Source of the DNA: Acidiferrobacteraceae bacterium | Lineage (GTDB): Bacteria > Pseudomonadota > Gammaproteobacteria > Acidiferrobacterales > SZUA-150 | Reading direction: 5' to 3' | Length of the DNA stretch: 64,000 nucleotides | NCBI GenBank assembly: GCA_003228915.1 | Contig: QIGL01000053.1 | Span: 291 to 64,290, forward strand | Shown here: positions 38,879-47,954 of the stretch, in pieces | How positions within the stretch are numbered: position 1 is the stretch's first letter | How the letters are laid out: each line of letters opens with the position of its first letter | Translations under genes and position numbers: made by a program | The notes under the pieces: generated by a model | What the model was told of the DNA's origin: nothing | Database searches by the model: none | The model's input: only the letters and a program-made list of their open reading frames with translations

Positions 38879-38925
38879 AGATTGATCCAGACCGATCAAG
38901 ACCGATCAAGACAAAAAAGGAGATC
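38879..38925 (+). promoter_or_regulatory. About 3.4 tandem 10-bp units (AGAYYGATCM) plus a fourth GATC overlapping the SD of the pilU-like gene
   Basis: GATC at 38884, 38894, 38904 and 38922. The units are AGATTGATCC, AGACCGATCA, AGACCGATCA and AGAC. Confidence 0.6.
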
Positions 38926-38932
38926 GATTGAT

Positions 38933-40163
38933 ATGAATGATGAACAGGTGAAAAAATACATCAAAAAACCTGCTAATAATGATGCTCACGAAAAACACTT
39001 CAGACCTGTTCATTTCGAATGATTTTGCGCCCTCCGTGAAAATTCATGGTGACATGACCCCTGTCGTCAAACAACGCCTGACGCCAGCACAATGCCGGGG
39101 CCTGACCCTTTGTCTCATGGATGAAAAACAGAAAGCAGAATTTTATGAAGAAAAAGAATGCAATTTCGCAGTTAATCCCGATGGTATTGGCCGGCTTCGA
39201 GTCAATGCCTTTGTCGAGCAAGGCCATTTTGGCGCGGTAATGCGCACCATTACTTCAGAAATACCTACGTTTGATAAAATGAAATTGCCACCGGTATTAA
39301 AAGACGTAGTCATGACCAAACGCGGGCTCGTGATCCTGGTCGGCGCCACAGGTTCCGGAAAACCCACCTCCCTGGCGGCCATGATCGACCATCGCAATGA
39401 AAACAGCCGTGGCCATATTATTACCATCGAGGACCCAATCGAATACGTACACAAAAATAAAAATTGTCTCGTCACCCAACGAGCAGTGGGCACGGATACC
39501 AATAACTGGTTTGCGGCCCTGAAAAATACCCTGCGCCAGGCGCCAGATGTAATTTTAATTGGTGAAATTCGCGACCAGGAAACCTTGGAATATGCCATTG
39601 CTTTTGCCGAAACTGGCCACCTGGCTATGGCCACTTTACATGACAATAGCGCCAACCAGGCACTGGATCGCATAATCAACTTTTTCCCGGAAGAGCGCCG
39701 GGCCCAATTATTGATGGATTGATCACTTAACCTTAAAGCCGTTATTTCCCAAAGACTGGTCCCGAAGACAAGTGGTGGTCGAGCAGCGGCCATTGAAATC
39801 ATGTTCAACTCTCCAAAAATTGCCGACCATGTCCTCAAGGGTGAAATTCACCACCTTAAAGAGACCATGGCCAAATCAAAAGAAATGGGCATGTGTACTT
39901 TTGACCAGGCATTGTTTGATCTCCATGAAGCTGGCGAAATCAGTTATGATGATGCCCTCAGGAATGCCGACTCTACCGGTGAGTTAAAATTAGCTATCAA
40001 ACTTAAAGGCAAACAAAAACCGAAAGGCGAAGGTGCGGGTCAGGAATCCGGGTCAGAAATTTCGTTCAGCATCAAGGAGAGAGACGAACCAGAAGAAATT
40101 ACCGGAACGGCTACGTTTAAAAATTCAAATACGCCCAAGAAAGCGGCCGGTGCGGCGGGTTAA
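38933..40163 (+). pseudogene. pilU: PilU-like type IV pilus retraction ATPase, disrupted
   Basis: Strong PilT/PilU similarity (SDLFIS, CNFAV, RGLVILVGATGSGK, IITIEDPIEY, LRQAPDVILIGEIRD, FAETGHLAMATLH, SLNLKAVISQRLVP). An in-frame TGA at 39720-39722 sits where P. aeruginosa PilU, as I recall it, has Leu. The Walker A reads GKP instead of GK[ST] (CCC at 39363-39365). A probable +1 frameshift lies in the A6 run at 38963-38968, separating the MNDEQVKKYIKK start from the body. Confidence 0.75.
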
Positions 40164-40248
40164 TTTATTAGTTCAAAAGCACTCTTCTTTTTACCCATTT
40201 TTTTGCTAATATTAAGGCATTCAGAGAATACTGGGGCCGGTATTAACA

Positions 40249-41226
40249 ATGACACCTTTTTTAAAATATACACTCATAATCGGAACGGCTTTCCTGTTAT
40301 TAACCCTCTACCAGCTATTTTCCAGTAATGGTTTGCCTGATGCCAACCCCCGGGCCCAGTCATCAACAAGTCCGGTCCCGGTAAAATCCGCAGAGCCCAG
40401 TAGCGGCAATGAATTACCATCTGGAACTTTAGACTTGGCTAAACAATTGGAACATAGCCAACCGACCAGAAACAATATAGAGGTGGCCAGAAACGCGACC
40501 GTCTTTATACGTACAGCCTGGGGACTGGGATCAGGTTTTTTCGTTAGCAGTGACTGTACCATTGTCACCAATCGACACGTGGTCAAAATTGCTGAAGAAA
40601 ATTGGGAGGCGGCAGAAAAAAAAATTGCCAGTGGCGAACAAGCGCTTGCACAACTAAGGGAGAAAATAGAAATTGAAAGAAAAAAATTCTATTCAAGCTG
40701 TCGCGATTGCAGCCGGGAAGCGCTTGATGGTTATCTTGGTCGCTTTGAAAAACTCTTTGATGATTCTGCCAAAAAACTGGACGAAGCGCAGTCATCTCTC
40801 AATAATGTCAGGTACAGTGATGACTTGCAGGTGACCTTGAGTGACGGCACTGAACTGGATGCCAGTGTGGTAGCAGTGAGCGAGGAATTTGACCTTGCGC
40901 TAGTCAAGTTAAACAATCCCGCGTTTTGTCCAAATATCATTCCTGGCGATATTGAAAAAGTACAGTATGGTGAAAAACTCTATACCATTGGCAGCCCCAT
41001 TGGCCTGAAACATGTGGTTACTTCTGGTGTCTTTTCAGGTTTCCTGAGGATGGGCGGCAAGCTCATGATCCAAACGGACGCGCCTATCAATCCTGGCAAT
41101 AGCGGCGGACCACTTATCAATGAAGACGGTCAGGTATTGGGAATTAATACACTTATTATCGACAAGACTGAAGGAATAGGCTTTGCCATTCCGGTAGAAG
41201 TCGCGTTTAGAGAATTTGGTCTCTAG
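40249..41226 (+). CDS. Trypsin-like (S1C/DegP-like, no PDZ) serine protease with a coiled-coil insertion
   Basis: N-terminal TM/signal segment. Catalytic triad context TNRHV, DLALV and GNSGGPL. A charged helical insert lies between the His and Asp. Confidence 0.75.
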   Translation: MTPFLKYTLIIGTAFLLLTLYQLFSSNGLPDANPRAQSSTSPVPVKSAEPSSGNELPSGTLDLAKQLEHSQPTRNNIEVARNATVFIRTAWGLGSGFFVSSDCTIVTNRHVVKIAEENWEAAEKKIASGEQALAQLREKIEIERKKFYSSCRDCSREALDGYLGRFEKLFDDSAKKLDEAQSSLNNVRYSDDLQVTLSDGTELDASVVAVSEEFDLALVKLNNPAFCPNIIPGDIEKVQYGEKLYTIGSPIGLKHVVTSGVFSGFLRMGGKLMIQTDAPINPGNSGGPLINEDGQVLGINTLIIDKTEGIGFAIPVEVAFREFGL

Positions 41227-42764
41227 GGGCTTCCAAAGCCAGCGTAGGTTACGCCTGATAATAAAGCCATATCACGATGCCATGTTGCCAGGTCGTCTTT
41301 ATTGAATTTATTTAAATCATCATGGCCGCAGGCCCGGGCCATGACTTGCATTAACTCCACAGAAGCATTAAAAAAATTATGCAACTGGACTGAAGATTTT
41401 TGTATATCCAGCCTCTGACGCAAATCTTCTTTCTGGGTGGCGATGCCCGCCGGACAGTTATTTGTATTACACATTCTTGCGGCAATACAACCAATCGCCT
41501 GCATGGCGCTATTCGAAATAGCAATGCCATCGGCACCGAGTGCCAGGGCCTTAACAAAGTCAATTGGCACCCGTAAACCACCTGTAATAATAAGCGTGAC
41601 ACGACCACTTGCACCCTGGTCATCAAGGTAACGACGGGCCCGTGCCAAAGCAGGTATGGTCGGCACACTGATATGATCCCTGAACATTTCCGGTGCCGCC
41701 CCGGTACCACCGCCTCGGCCATCTAATATTATATAATCAGCACTGGCATCGAGGGCAAATTGCATATCTTTTTCTATATGGTTTGCGCTCAGTTTGAAAC
41801 CAATCGGGATGCCACTGGTGACTTCTCTCACCCGATCTGCAAAACGTTTAAAGTCTGAAGCTGAAGAAAGGTCTTTAAAGGTAGGTGGTGATATTGCCGG
41901 CTGGCCCTCGGTTATGCCTCTTACCTGTGAAATTTTGCCTTTGTTTTTGTTACCTGGAAGATGCCCACCGGTACCCGTTTTGGCTCCCTGGCCACCTTTA
42001 AAATGAAAGGCCTGTACCTTTTTTAATAACGCTTCTTCGTAACCAAAACCGGCACTGGCTAATTCATAAAAATAACGCGTATTCGCCGCTTGCTCTTCTG
42101 GCAACATTCCGCCTTCACCTGAACAAATACCAGTACCCGCCAACTCCGCGCCGGTGGCCAGTGATATTTTCGCTTCTTCAGAGAGTGCGCCAAAACTCAT
42201 GTCAGATACGAATAAGGGAATTTTTAGTGTTAAAGGTTTTTTGGTCTCAGGCCCAATCACCAGCTCGGTGCCGACAACCCGGTCTTCCATTAATGGTTTT
42301 GTTGCCATTTGTGCCGCCATAATTTGCAACTCGTCCCAATGGGGTAACTCATGGCGTGGCACCCCCATAGATGTCATTTGGCCGTGGTGCCCTAATTTCG
42401 ATAATCCCTCTTTGGCAAGCTGGTGAATAAAAGCAACCGTTGGTTCTTCAGGCGTGGCTGTAGCGACCGGTAGTTTCGTGGCTTCCGGTTTTAAGCCCGG
42501 GCCTTCCTTACCAACCTGGTCGTCACTAAATTGTTTATGTGTACCATCACAATATGGCGTATTACCCGTATGCTTGCATGCACACAAAAAGGCATCACCT
42601 TCTTCATCGGCAACAATGACCCTGGGCGTAAAAGATGTGCCCACATGGGAGCCGTCGCAGAAAGGCTGGCTTTTAGATCTGCCACAGGTACAAAAATGAT
42701 ACTCCTGACCTTTGCAAAGGCTCACTTTGACCGGTTTGTTATCAGCAATGACTGGATTACCCAT
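41223..42764 (-). CDS. Double CDGSH iron-sulfur domain fused to a glutamate-synthase-related (GltB FMN domain-like) protein
   Basis: CTCGRSKSQPFCDGSH and CACKHTGNTPYCDGTH at the N-terminus. The GltB-domain-2-like body carries GGQGAKTGTGGHLPG and ILDGRGGGTGAAP. Confidence 0.8.
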   Translation of the reverse strand: MGNPVIADNKPVKVSLCKGQEYHFCTCGRSKSQPFCDGSHVGTSFTPRVIVADEEGDAFLCACKHTGNTPYCDGTHKQFSDDQVGKEGPGLKPEATKLPVATATPEEPTVAFIHQLAKEGLSKLGHHGQMTSMGVPRHELPHWDELQIMAAQMATKPLMEDRVVGTELVIGPETKKPLTLKIPLFVSDMSFGALSEEAKISLATGAELAGTGICSGEGGMLPEEQAANTRYFYELASAGFGYEEALLKKVQAFHFKGGQGAKTGTGGHLPGNKNKGKISQVRGITEGQPAISPPTFKDLSSASDFKRFADRVREVTSGIPIGFKLSANHIEKDMQFALDASADYIILDGRGGGTGAAPEMFRDHISVPTIPALARARRYLDDQGASGRVTLIITGGLRVPIDFVKALALGADGIAISNSAMQAIGCIAARMCNTNNCPAGIATQKEDLRQRLDIQKSSVQLHNFFNASVELMQVMARACGHDDLNKFNKDDLATWHRDMALLSGVTYAGFGSP

Positions 42765-42963
42765 ATATACCTTCTTTGAAATAAATTACGATTATTGTTA
42801 ACAGGCTCATTTTTCCACTAGTTACATCCAACTACCAATACTAATTTACTCGTTGTTGTTTTATACCGCAATTGATGCTGGAAAAATGTTGGCGTGATGC
42901 TCTTTCGAGTTGAGTAGTGGCACATTATATAGTGCTGTTATTTTTTAAAAGTTAATTATTAAA

Positions 42964-43257
42964 TTACTCCGCTGCCTCATATGCAATACCACCAGTAAAT
43001 TTAACAACTTTATTATATAGCCATGCAGACAAGCCGATGACAATGTAACTGGCCAGAAAATAGAAGATTGGCATAACTAGTATCATGAAAAACGGAAATG
43101 GCGTGTCCACGGGATTACCACCTTGGTCTTGCATGGGCATGAAACTATAAGTGAATGCCATTGGTATAACGAATAACAATGAAACGACCCCAAACACGAT
43201 AGACATGGTTATTGCAGTTTTATGTGGTGCAATGTATGTAATTCTTTTTAACATCAT
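42964..43257 (-). CDS. Small membrane protein, unknown function
   Basis: 97 aa with two to three hydrophobic helices. Confidence 0.45.
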   Translation of the reverse strand: MMLKRITYIAPHKTAITMSIVFGVVSLLFVIPMAFTYSFMPMQDQGGNPVDTPFPFFMILVMPIFYFLASYIVIGLSAWLYNKVVKFTGGIAYEAAE

Positions 43258-43373
43258 TCTTACTCCTCGTTTTCAATATTTATAACATAAAAACAAATTT
43301 TCTGTAAGAAGCCACGTACCGGTTTTACGACCCCGATTGAACGTAATAATTCTCGAAAAGCGTTTCCCGTTGC

Positions 43374-43802
43374 CTAATCTTCCGCTGGTACATATTGTGC
43401 AAACACCTCTTCTCCGGTCATTTCTTTGGTCTTGTTTCCGAAATGATAAAAAGATGGTTTTGAATCAATGAATATTTGATGATCGAATATAAAGGAAATA
43501 TCAGTGTCGAATAAACCAACAGGCATGATGTGCTGATTAGGTTCTTTCAGTCGATAATACAGGTGACTTCCACACTTGTTACAGAAAGCGCGTTCTGCCC
43601 ATTCAGAAGAACTATGGACGGTGATGTTTTCACCGCCTTCAAACTTAACATCGGCCCCACAGTCTATGGCCATCAAGGGGCCACCAGTCCATTTTCGACA
43701 CATATCACAATGGCATACTCCCACGTGAGAATTTATTTTCATTGCCGTAAACTTTACTGCACCACAGAGACAACTTCCTTTGCCTTCGATTCCATCAGTC
43801 AT
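43374..43802 (-). CDS. GFA (glutathione-dependent formaldehyde-activating / CENP-V-like) family protein
   Basis: GSCLCGAVKF, CHCDMCRKW and FCNKCGSHL zinc-cysteine pattern. Confidence 0.8.
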   Translation of the reverse strand: MTDGIEGKGSCLCGAVKFTAMKINSHVGVCHCDMCRKWTGGPLMAIDCGADVKFEGGENITVHSSSEWAERAFCNKCGSHLYYRLKEPNQHIMPVGLFDTDISFIFDHQIFIDSKPSFYHFGNKTKEMTGEEVFAQYVPAED

Positions 43803-44179
43803 GACTTTCTCCTTGATAATCCGGTAATTGTTTATATTTAATGATCTATAATTCTAATTGTGGATTTAGAGTTTATCTAATAATTGATTTATTTACTTGA
43901 ATAGTTAGCAGTTATTACAATTGCATTCCCGTACGTTGCGGTTTTGAAAACCAGAGCTTAAGAATGACACACTACCCCTATTATTTTGGCCATACTTTGC
44001 AAGGTTAGACGCAACCATTTGATATTTATGCCATAATTCATCAAGTTACCCAGGCAAACCATTCTCATGCTGTTCAGCACAGGTTAAGGTGGATTCCTCT
44101 ATAATGTGGATAAATCAAAGCCCTGTTTGTTCGGGCTAGAGAATCAGAATATTATTGCTGTGTTATTTACGCATTCTGA

Positions 44180-44494
44180 GTGAAAAATTTTATGTTAAAA
44201 CCCGTAAAAAAATTTATGTTGTTAAGCCCCATGATCATAGCTTTGGTCGTGGCACCGGCCTTACTACTGGCCGCGGCACCAGTTCAGGTACTGGCGCCCA
44301 GCCAGGTCTTCGGGCCAATTTTACTGGCCCGTGCAGGTATGAGCCTGGACCAGGCCGTGAGCCAGGTGCGTAGAGAAACAGGTGGTCGAATATTGTCTGC
44401 AAAAACAGTCACTGAAAATGGTCGCCGGGTTCATCGCATCAAGGTATTAATGCCATCAGGGTCTGTAAAAATAGTTCGCAAACCAGCCGGTTAG
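44180..44494 (+). CDS. PepSY-domain periplasmic protein
   Basis: Signal peptide, then LSLDQAVSQVRRETGGRILSAKTVTENGRRVHRIKVL. Confidence 0.7.
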   Translation: MKNFMLKPVKKFMLLSPMIIALVVAPALLLAAAPVQVLAPSQVFGPILLARAGMSLDQAVSQVRRETGGRILSAKTVTENGRRVHRIKVLMPSGSVKIVRKPAG

Positions 44495-44506
44495 TTTTTA
44501 TCTCCC

Positions 44507-45190
44507 ATGCGTTTACTTATTATTGAAGACGAACAAACCCTTCAAGCCCAATTGAGTGAGCAAATGCGGGCAGCAGGTTTTGCTGTTGACGCGGCCAGTG
44601 ATGGCACGGAAGGCCTGTATCTGGGCCAGGAATATCCCTTTGATCTGGCCATTGTCGATATTGGTTTGCCGCACCTGTCGGGCATCGAAGTAATCAAGTC
44701 CTGGCGTGAGTCGGGTAAAAAATTTCCGGTGTTGATACTCACGGCCCGGGGACGATGGCAGGAAAAAGTTGAGGGCCTTGAAGCCGGTGCCGATGATTAC
44801 CTGGCCAAACCATTTCACACGGAAGAATTACTGGCACGTGTACAGGCCTTGTTGAGGCGCTCCAAGGGCGCGGCAAAATCAATTATTGATTGCCAGCCAA
44901 TTTCCCTGGATACAAAAACACAAATCGTCACCCGGGATGGTGTAACACTGGACCTGACTGCCAACGAGTACAAGGTGCTGGAGTACCTGGTACTGAATAA
45001 TACAAAAGTGATTTCAAAAACTGAATTAACCGAACATATTTATGATCAGGATTTTGACCGGGACAGTAACGTGATTGAAGTTTTCATTGGCAGGTTAAGA
45101 AAAAAACTTGATCCTGGTAACCAGATCAAACCCATCGAGACCTTACGCGGCCGCGGTTATCGCTTTAACCTTGATTGCGATCAGTTATGA
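44507..45190 (+). CDS. OmpR/PhoB-family response regulator
   Basis: MRLLIIEDE, DLAIVDIGLP, LTARG and KPF receiver motifs. C-terminal winged helix ending RGRGYRF. Confidence 0.9.
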   Translation: MRLLIIEDEQTLQAQLSEQMRAAGFAVDAASDGTEGLYLGQEYPFDLAIVDIGLPHLSGIEVIKSWRESGKKFPVLILTARGRWQEKVEGLEAGADDYLAKPFHTEELLARVQALLRRSKGAAKSIIDCQPISLDTKTQIVTRDGVTLDLTANEYKVLEYLVLNNTKVISKTELTEHIYDQDFDRDSNVIEVFIGRLRKKLDPGNQIKPIETLRGRGYRFNLDCDQL

Positions 45191-46545
45191 GAAATGCCCA
45201 GGGTAAAAACTCCCTGTCACTTCATGCCAGGCTTTTAACTTCGGCAACAGTGGTGCTTTTTGCCTTCTTTGGTTTAACAGGACTGGCACTAAATAACGCT
45301 TTTTACCAAAGCGCAGAAACAGCTTTTAAAGAAGCCTTACAAAGCCACATCTATACCTTGCTGGCCGCGGCAGAGCTTGACGAGCTAGACAAACTGCAAC
45401 TACCAGAAGAACTACCGGCACCGAAACTATCACTCCCCGGGTCCGGACTGTATGCAATGGTAATCGATGATAAAAATAAAATGATCTGGCGGTCACGGTC
45501 AACTCTTGGTACAAAATTTAAACCACAGGCTGATTTACCCGAGGTGCCAGCCATCGGAAAACGTAAATACAGGTTCTCAAAGGAGATGCTGGTCATGGCG
45601 TTTACAACCAGCTGGGAGACCGATACCAGACAAAATACCTATACTTTTTATGTCGCCGAAAGCCTGCAGCCCTTCAAAGAACAGATTCAGGATTTTCAGA
45701 AAGACTTATGGTTTTGGTTAGGGGGCGCGGCCATTTTATTACTGGCAGTTCAGGGCTCAATTTTGCACTGGAGCCTCAGTCCCTTGCGGCAAGTAACCCA
45801 CGACCTGGCTGATATTGAGGCAGGCAAGGTGAAAAACCTGGCCGGTGATTACCCGGTTGAGCTGCGCGGCCTGACAAATAATTTGAATCAATTGATCGCC
45901 AGCGCCCAGGCCAACCTGCTGCGTTACCGAAATTCACTGGGTGATGTTGCCCACAGCCTGAAAACACCGTTAGCAGTATTAAGAGCGGCAATTGAAAATA
46001 AAACCGATCGTGACAATCTCCATGAAATTGCCCGGAACCAGGTAGATAGAATGGCGAATATTGTTGATTATCAATTACAGCGGGCCGCGACCTCGGGCCG
46101 TACCACGCTGACGACCCCGGTAAATTTACTGGCCAAGACCAACCAGGTAATTAACGCATTACAAAAAGTACATTATGAGAAATACATAAATACAATAATT
46201 AAGATAAATAAAAATGAAGTCTTCATTGGCGACGAGGGTGATCTACTGGAAATCCTGGGCAACTTGCTGGAAAATTCATTTAAATGGTGCCACTCTGAAA
46301 TTATTGTGCAATCAACTTCAAAAAATGAAAAATTGCACGAACTCACCATAGAAGATGACGGGCCTGGTATTACTAAAGAATCGGCGAGTGAAGTCTTCAA
46401 CCGTGGCCACCGCGCCGATGAAACCATTGAAGGCCAGGGATTGGGACTATCCCTGGTGCAGGATATTGTCCAGGCGTATGATGGTTCGATTTCAGTGGAC
46501 AAAAGCTCACTTGGTGGCGCTAAAATAACAATTCGTTTTATATAA
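45187..46545 (+). CDS. Sensor histidine kinase (PhoQ/QseC-like architecture)
   Basis: Two TM segments flanking a periplasmic loop, HAMP, H-box VAHSLKTPLAVL, N-box LLENSFKW, G-boxes EDDGPGI and GQGLGLS. ATGA overlap with the regulator gene. Confidence 0.85.
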   Translation: MRNAQGKNSLSLHARLLTSATVVLFAFFGLTGLALNNAFYQSAETAFKEALQSHIYTLLAAAELDELDKLQLPEELPAPKLSLPGSGLYAMVIDDKNKMIWRSRSTLGTKFKPQADLPEVPAIGKRKYRFSKEMLVMAFTTSWETDTRQNTYTFYVAESLQPFKEQIQDFQKDLWFWLGGAAILLLAVQGSILHWSLSPLRQVTHDLADIEAGKVKNLAGDYPVELRGLTNNLNQLIASAQANLLRYRNSLGDVAHSLKTPLAVLRAAIENKTDRDNLHEIARNQVDRMANIVDYQLQRAATSGRTTLTTPVNLLAKTNQVINALQKVHYEKYINTIIKINKNEVFIGDEGDLLEILGNLLENSFKWCHSEIIVQSTSKNEKLHELTIEDDGPGITKESASEVFNRGHRADETIEGQGLGLSLVQDIVQAYDGSISVDKSSLGGAKITIRFI

Positions 46546-46582
46546 TTTTTATATAACTTACTAAATTATTTGGAGAAAACTT

Positions 46583-47044
46583 TTGTTACTTTATTTAATG
46601 CGCCACGGACAAGCGGCCAGCAAACAGGATGACCCGGCGGCTGGTCTTACGGCACTGGGCAGGGCAGATATAGAAAGGCTGGCCTATTCGCTTGCAGCAA
46701 GAGGTTTAAACTTCGAGCACGTAATCCACAGCCCCAAGACCCGGGCCGCGCAAACGGCTTTAATCATGCGTGCCACGATTTCCCCCAAATCAACGGTACG
46801 AATGGAGGAGCACATTAAACCCAACGATAGCCCCGATATTATTTTTACCGAGCTGGATCACTGGCGAGAACCTACCCTGGTGGTTGGCCACCTGCCTTTT
46901 ATGCCCAGCCTGGTCAACCTGCTCGCTGGCCCCAATGATGCTCTTTCAGCAATTGATTTTGAACCGGGTACGGTGGTTTGTTTAAAGCGGGATGAGGCAA
47001 ATAAATGGCCTATAGAATGGGTAAGCTCGCCTTCGATGCTTTGA
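46583..47044 (+). CDS. sixA: Phosphohistidine phosphatase SixA
   Basis: LYLMRHGQA RHG motif, ~150 aa, with a later VGHLP. TTG start. Confidence 0.75.
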   Translation: MLLYLMRHGQAASKQDDPAAGLTALGRADIERLAYSLAARGLNFEHVIHSPKTRAAQTALIMRATISPKSTVRMEEHIKPNDSPDIIFTELDHWREPTLVVGHLPFMPSLVNLLAGPNDALSAIDFEPGTVVCLKRDEANKWPIEWVSSPSML

Positions 47045-47102
47045 ATAATACTTTTTTACTCACTGATTATTTTTTTGTAAAATAGTTTCTCAAAATTCTC
47101 TG

Positions 47103-47933
47103 TTAAAAAAAGTTTGTGCTTAAAAAATTATTTAGCGCCTGCTCGTAAGCAGGTTGTGATTGTACAAAACCATTATTATGATCACCAGCCATTACAATAA
47201 AAATTTTTGGTTTACCTGCCGCCTGATATACCTTTTCGCCTAGCTCAAAAGGGATGATGTCGTCATCCCGGCTATGTAATACCAGCAATGGTGCCCTGTT
47301 TTTTGTAATTTTTTGGGCGGTATTAAACTCGTAACGGGAATAAACAATTCTGGAGATGACAGGAAGCAATCGTTTTGCCATATCCTTGACCGAAGAAAAT
47401 GTTGATTCCAGAATTAGTGCCCGGGGATTAACATCAACTGCCAAATTTGCAGCCACGGCACCGCCCAGGGAACGACCGAATACAACAATATCGTCAGGCT
47501 TAAATTTCTTTTTTGTTATCAGAAAATTCCATGCCACCAGGGCATCATCATACATCTTCTGCTCGCCAGGGCTACCCTCGCTTTTTCCATATCCCTGGTA
47601 GTCAATAATTAATACATTCAATCCCAGGCGGTTAAATATTTTTAGGCTATCTCCCCGGTGTGAAATATTTCCCCCATTACCATGAAAAAATAGTAAGACC
47701 TGTTTACTGTCCTTAACAGGCAGGTACCAACCGTGAATTTTATTTTGATTGCTGGATTCCAGGTAAACGTCTTCGTATTTGAGGCCCCATTGATCGGGCG
47801 TCTGGCTGATATTTTTTGTCGGGAAAAAAACCATGCCTGGCTGCAGGGCATACATGATTGCATTTGATAAAATGACAAAAACAAGCAGCATACCAAGAAT
47901 GCCGAGAAGCGTTTTGGTTATTTTATTTTTCAC
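47103..47933 (-). CDS. Alpha/beta hydrolase
   Basis: HGNGGN oxyanion region and nucleophile elbow GRSLGG. N-terminal TM anchor. Confidence 0.75.
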   Translation of the reverse strand: MKNKITKTLLGILGMLLVFVILSNAIMYALQPGMVFFPTKNISQTPDQWGLKYEDVYLESSNQNKIHGWYLPVKDSKQVLLFFHGNGGNISHRGDSLKIFNRLGLNVLIIDYQGYGKSEGSPGEQKMYDDALVAWNFLITKKKFKPDDIVVFGRSLGGAVAANLAVDVNPRALILESTFSSVKDMAKRLLPVISRIVYSRYEFNTAQKITKNRAPLLVLHSRDDDIIPFELGEKVYQAAGKPKIFIVMAGDHNNGFVQSQPAYEQALNNFLSTNFF

Positions 47934-47954
47934 GCGTGTCTTTTAAGGGAGCAA

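Noticed and set aside
38879-38912. Tandem decamers as a CRISPR or VNTR array
   Set aside because: There are only ~3.4 copies of a 10-bp unit, with no spacers. This is far too short for CRISPR, so it was treated as a regulatory repeat instead.
39720-39722. In-frame TGA of the pilU-like gene as selenocysteine or programmed read-through
   Set aside because: The aligned position in P. aeruginosa PilU, as I recall it, is a structural Leu rather than Cys/Sec. No SECIS-like hairpin follows, and the gene has two further lesions, so a nonsense mutation is the simpler reading.
39143-39838. 231-aa minus-strand ORF
   Set aside because: It is antisense to the strongly conserved PilU-like coding sequence. 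Its Ser/Arg/Trp-rich composition is typical of antisense frames.
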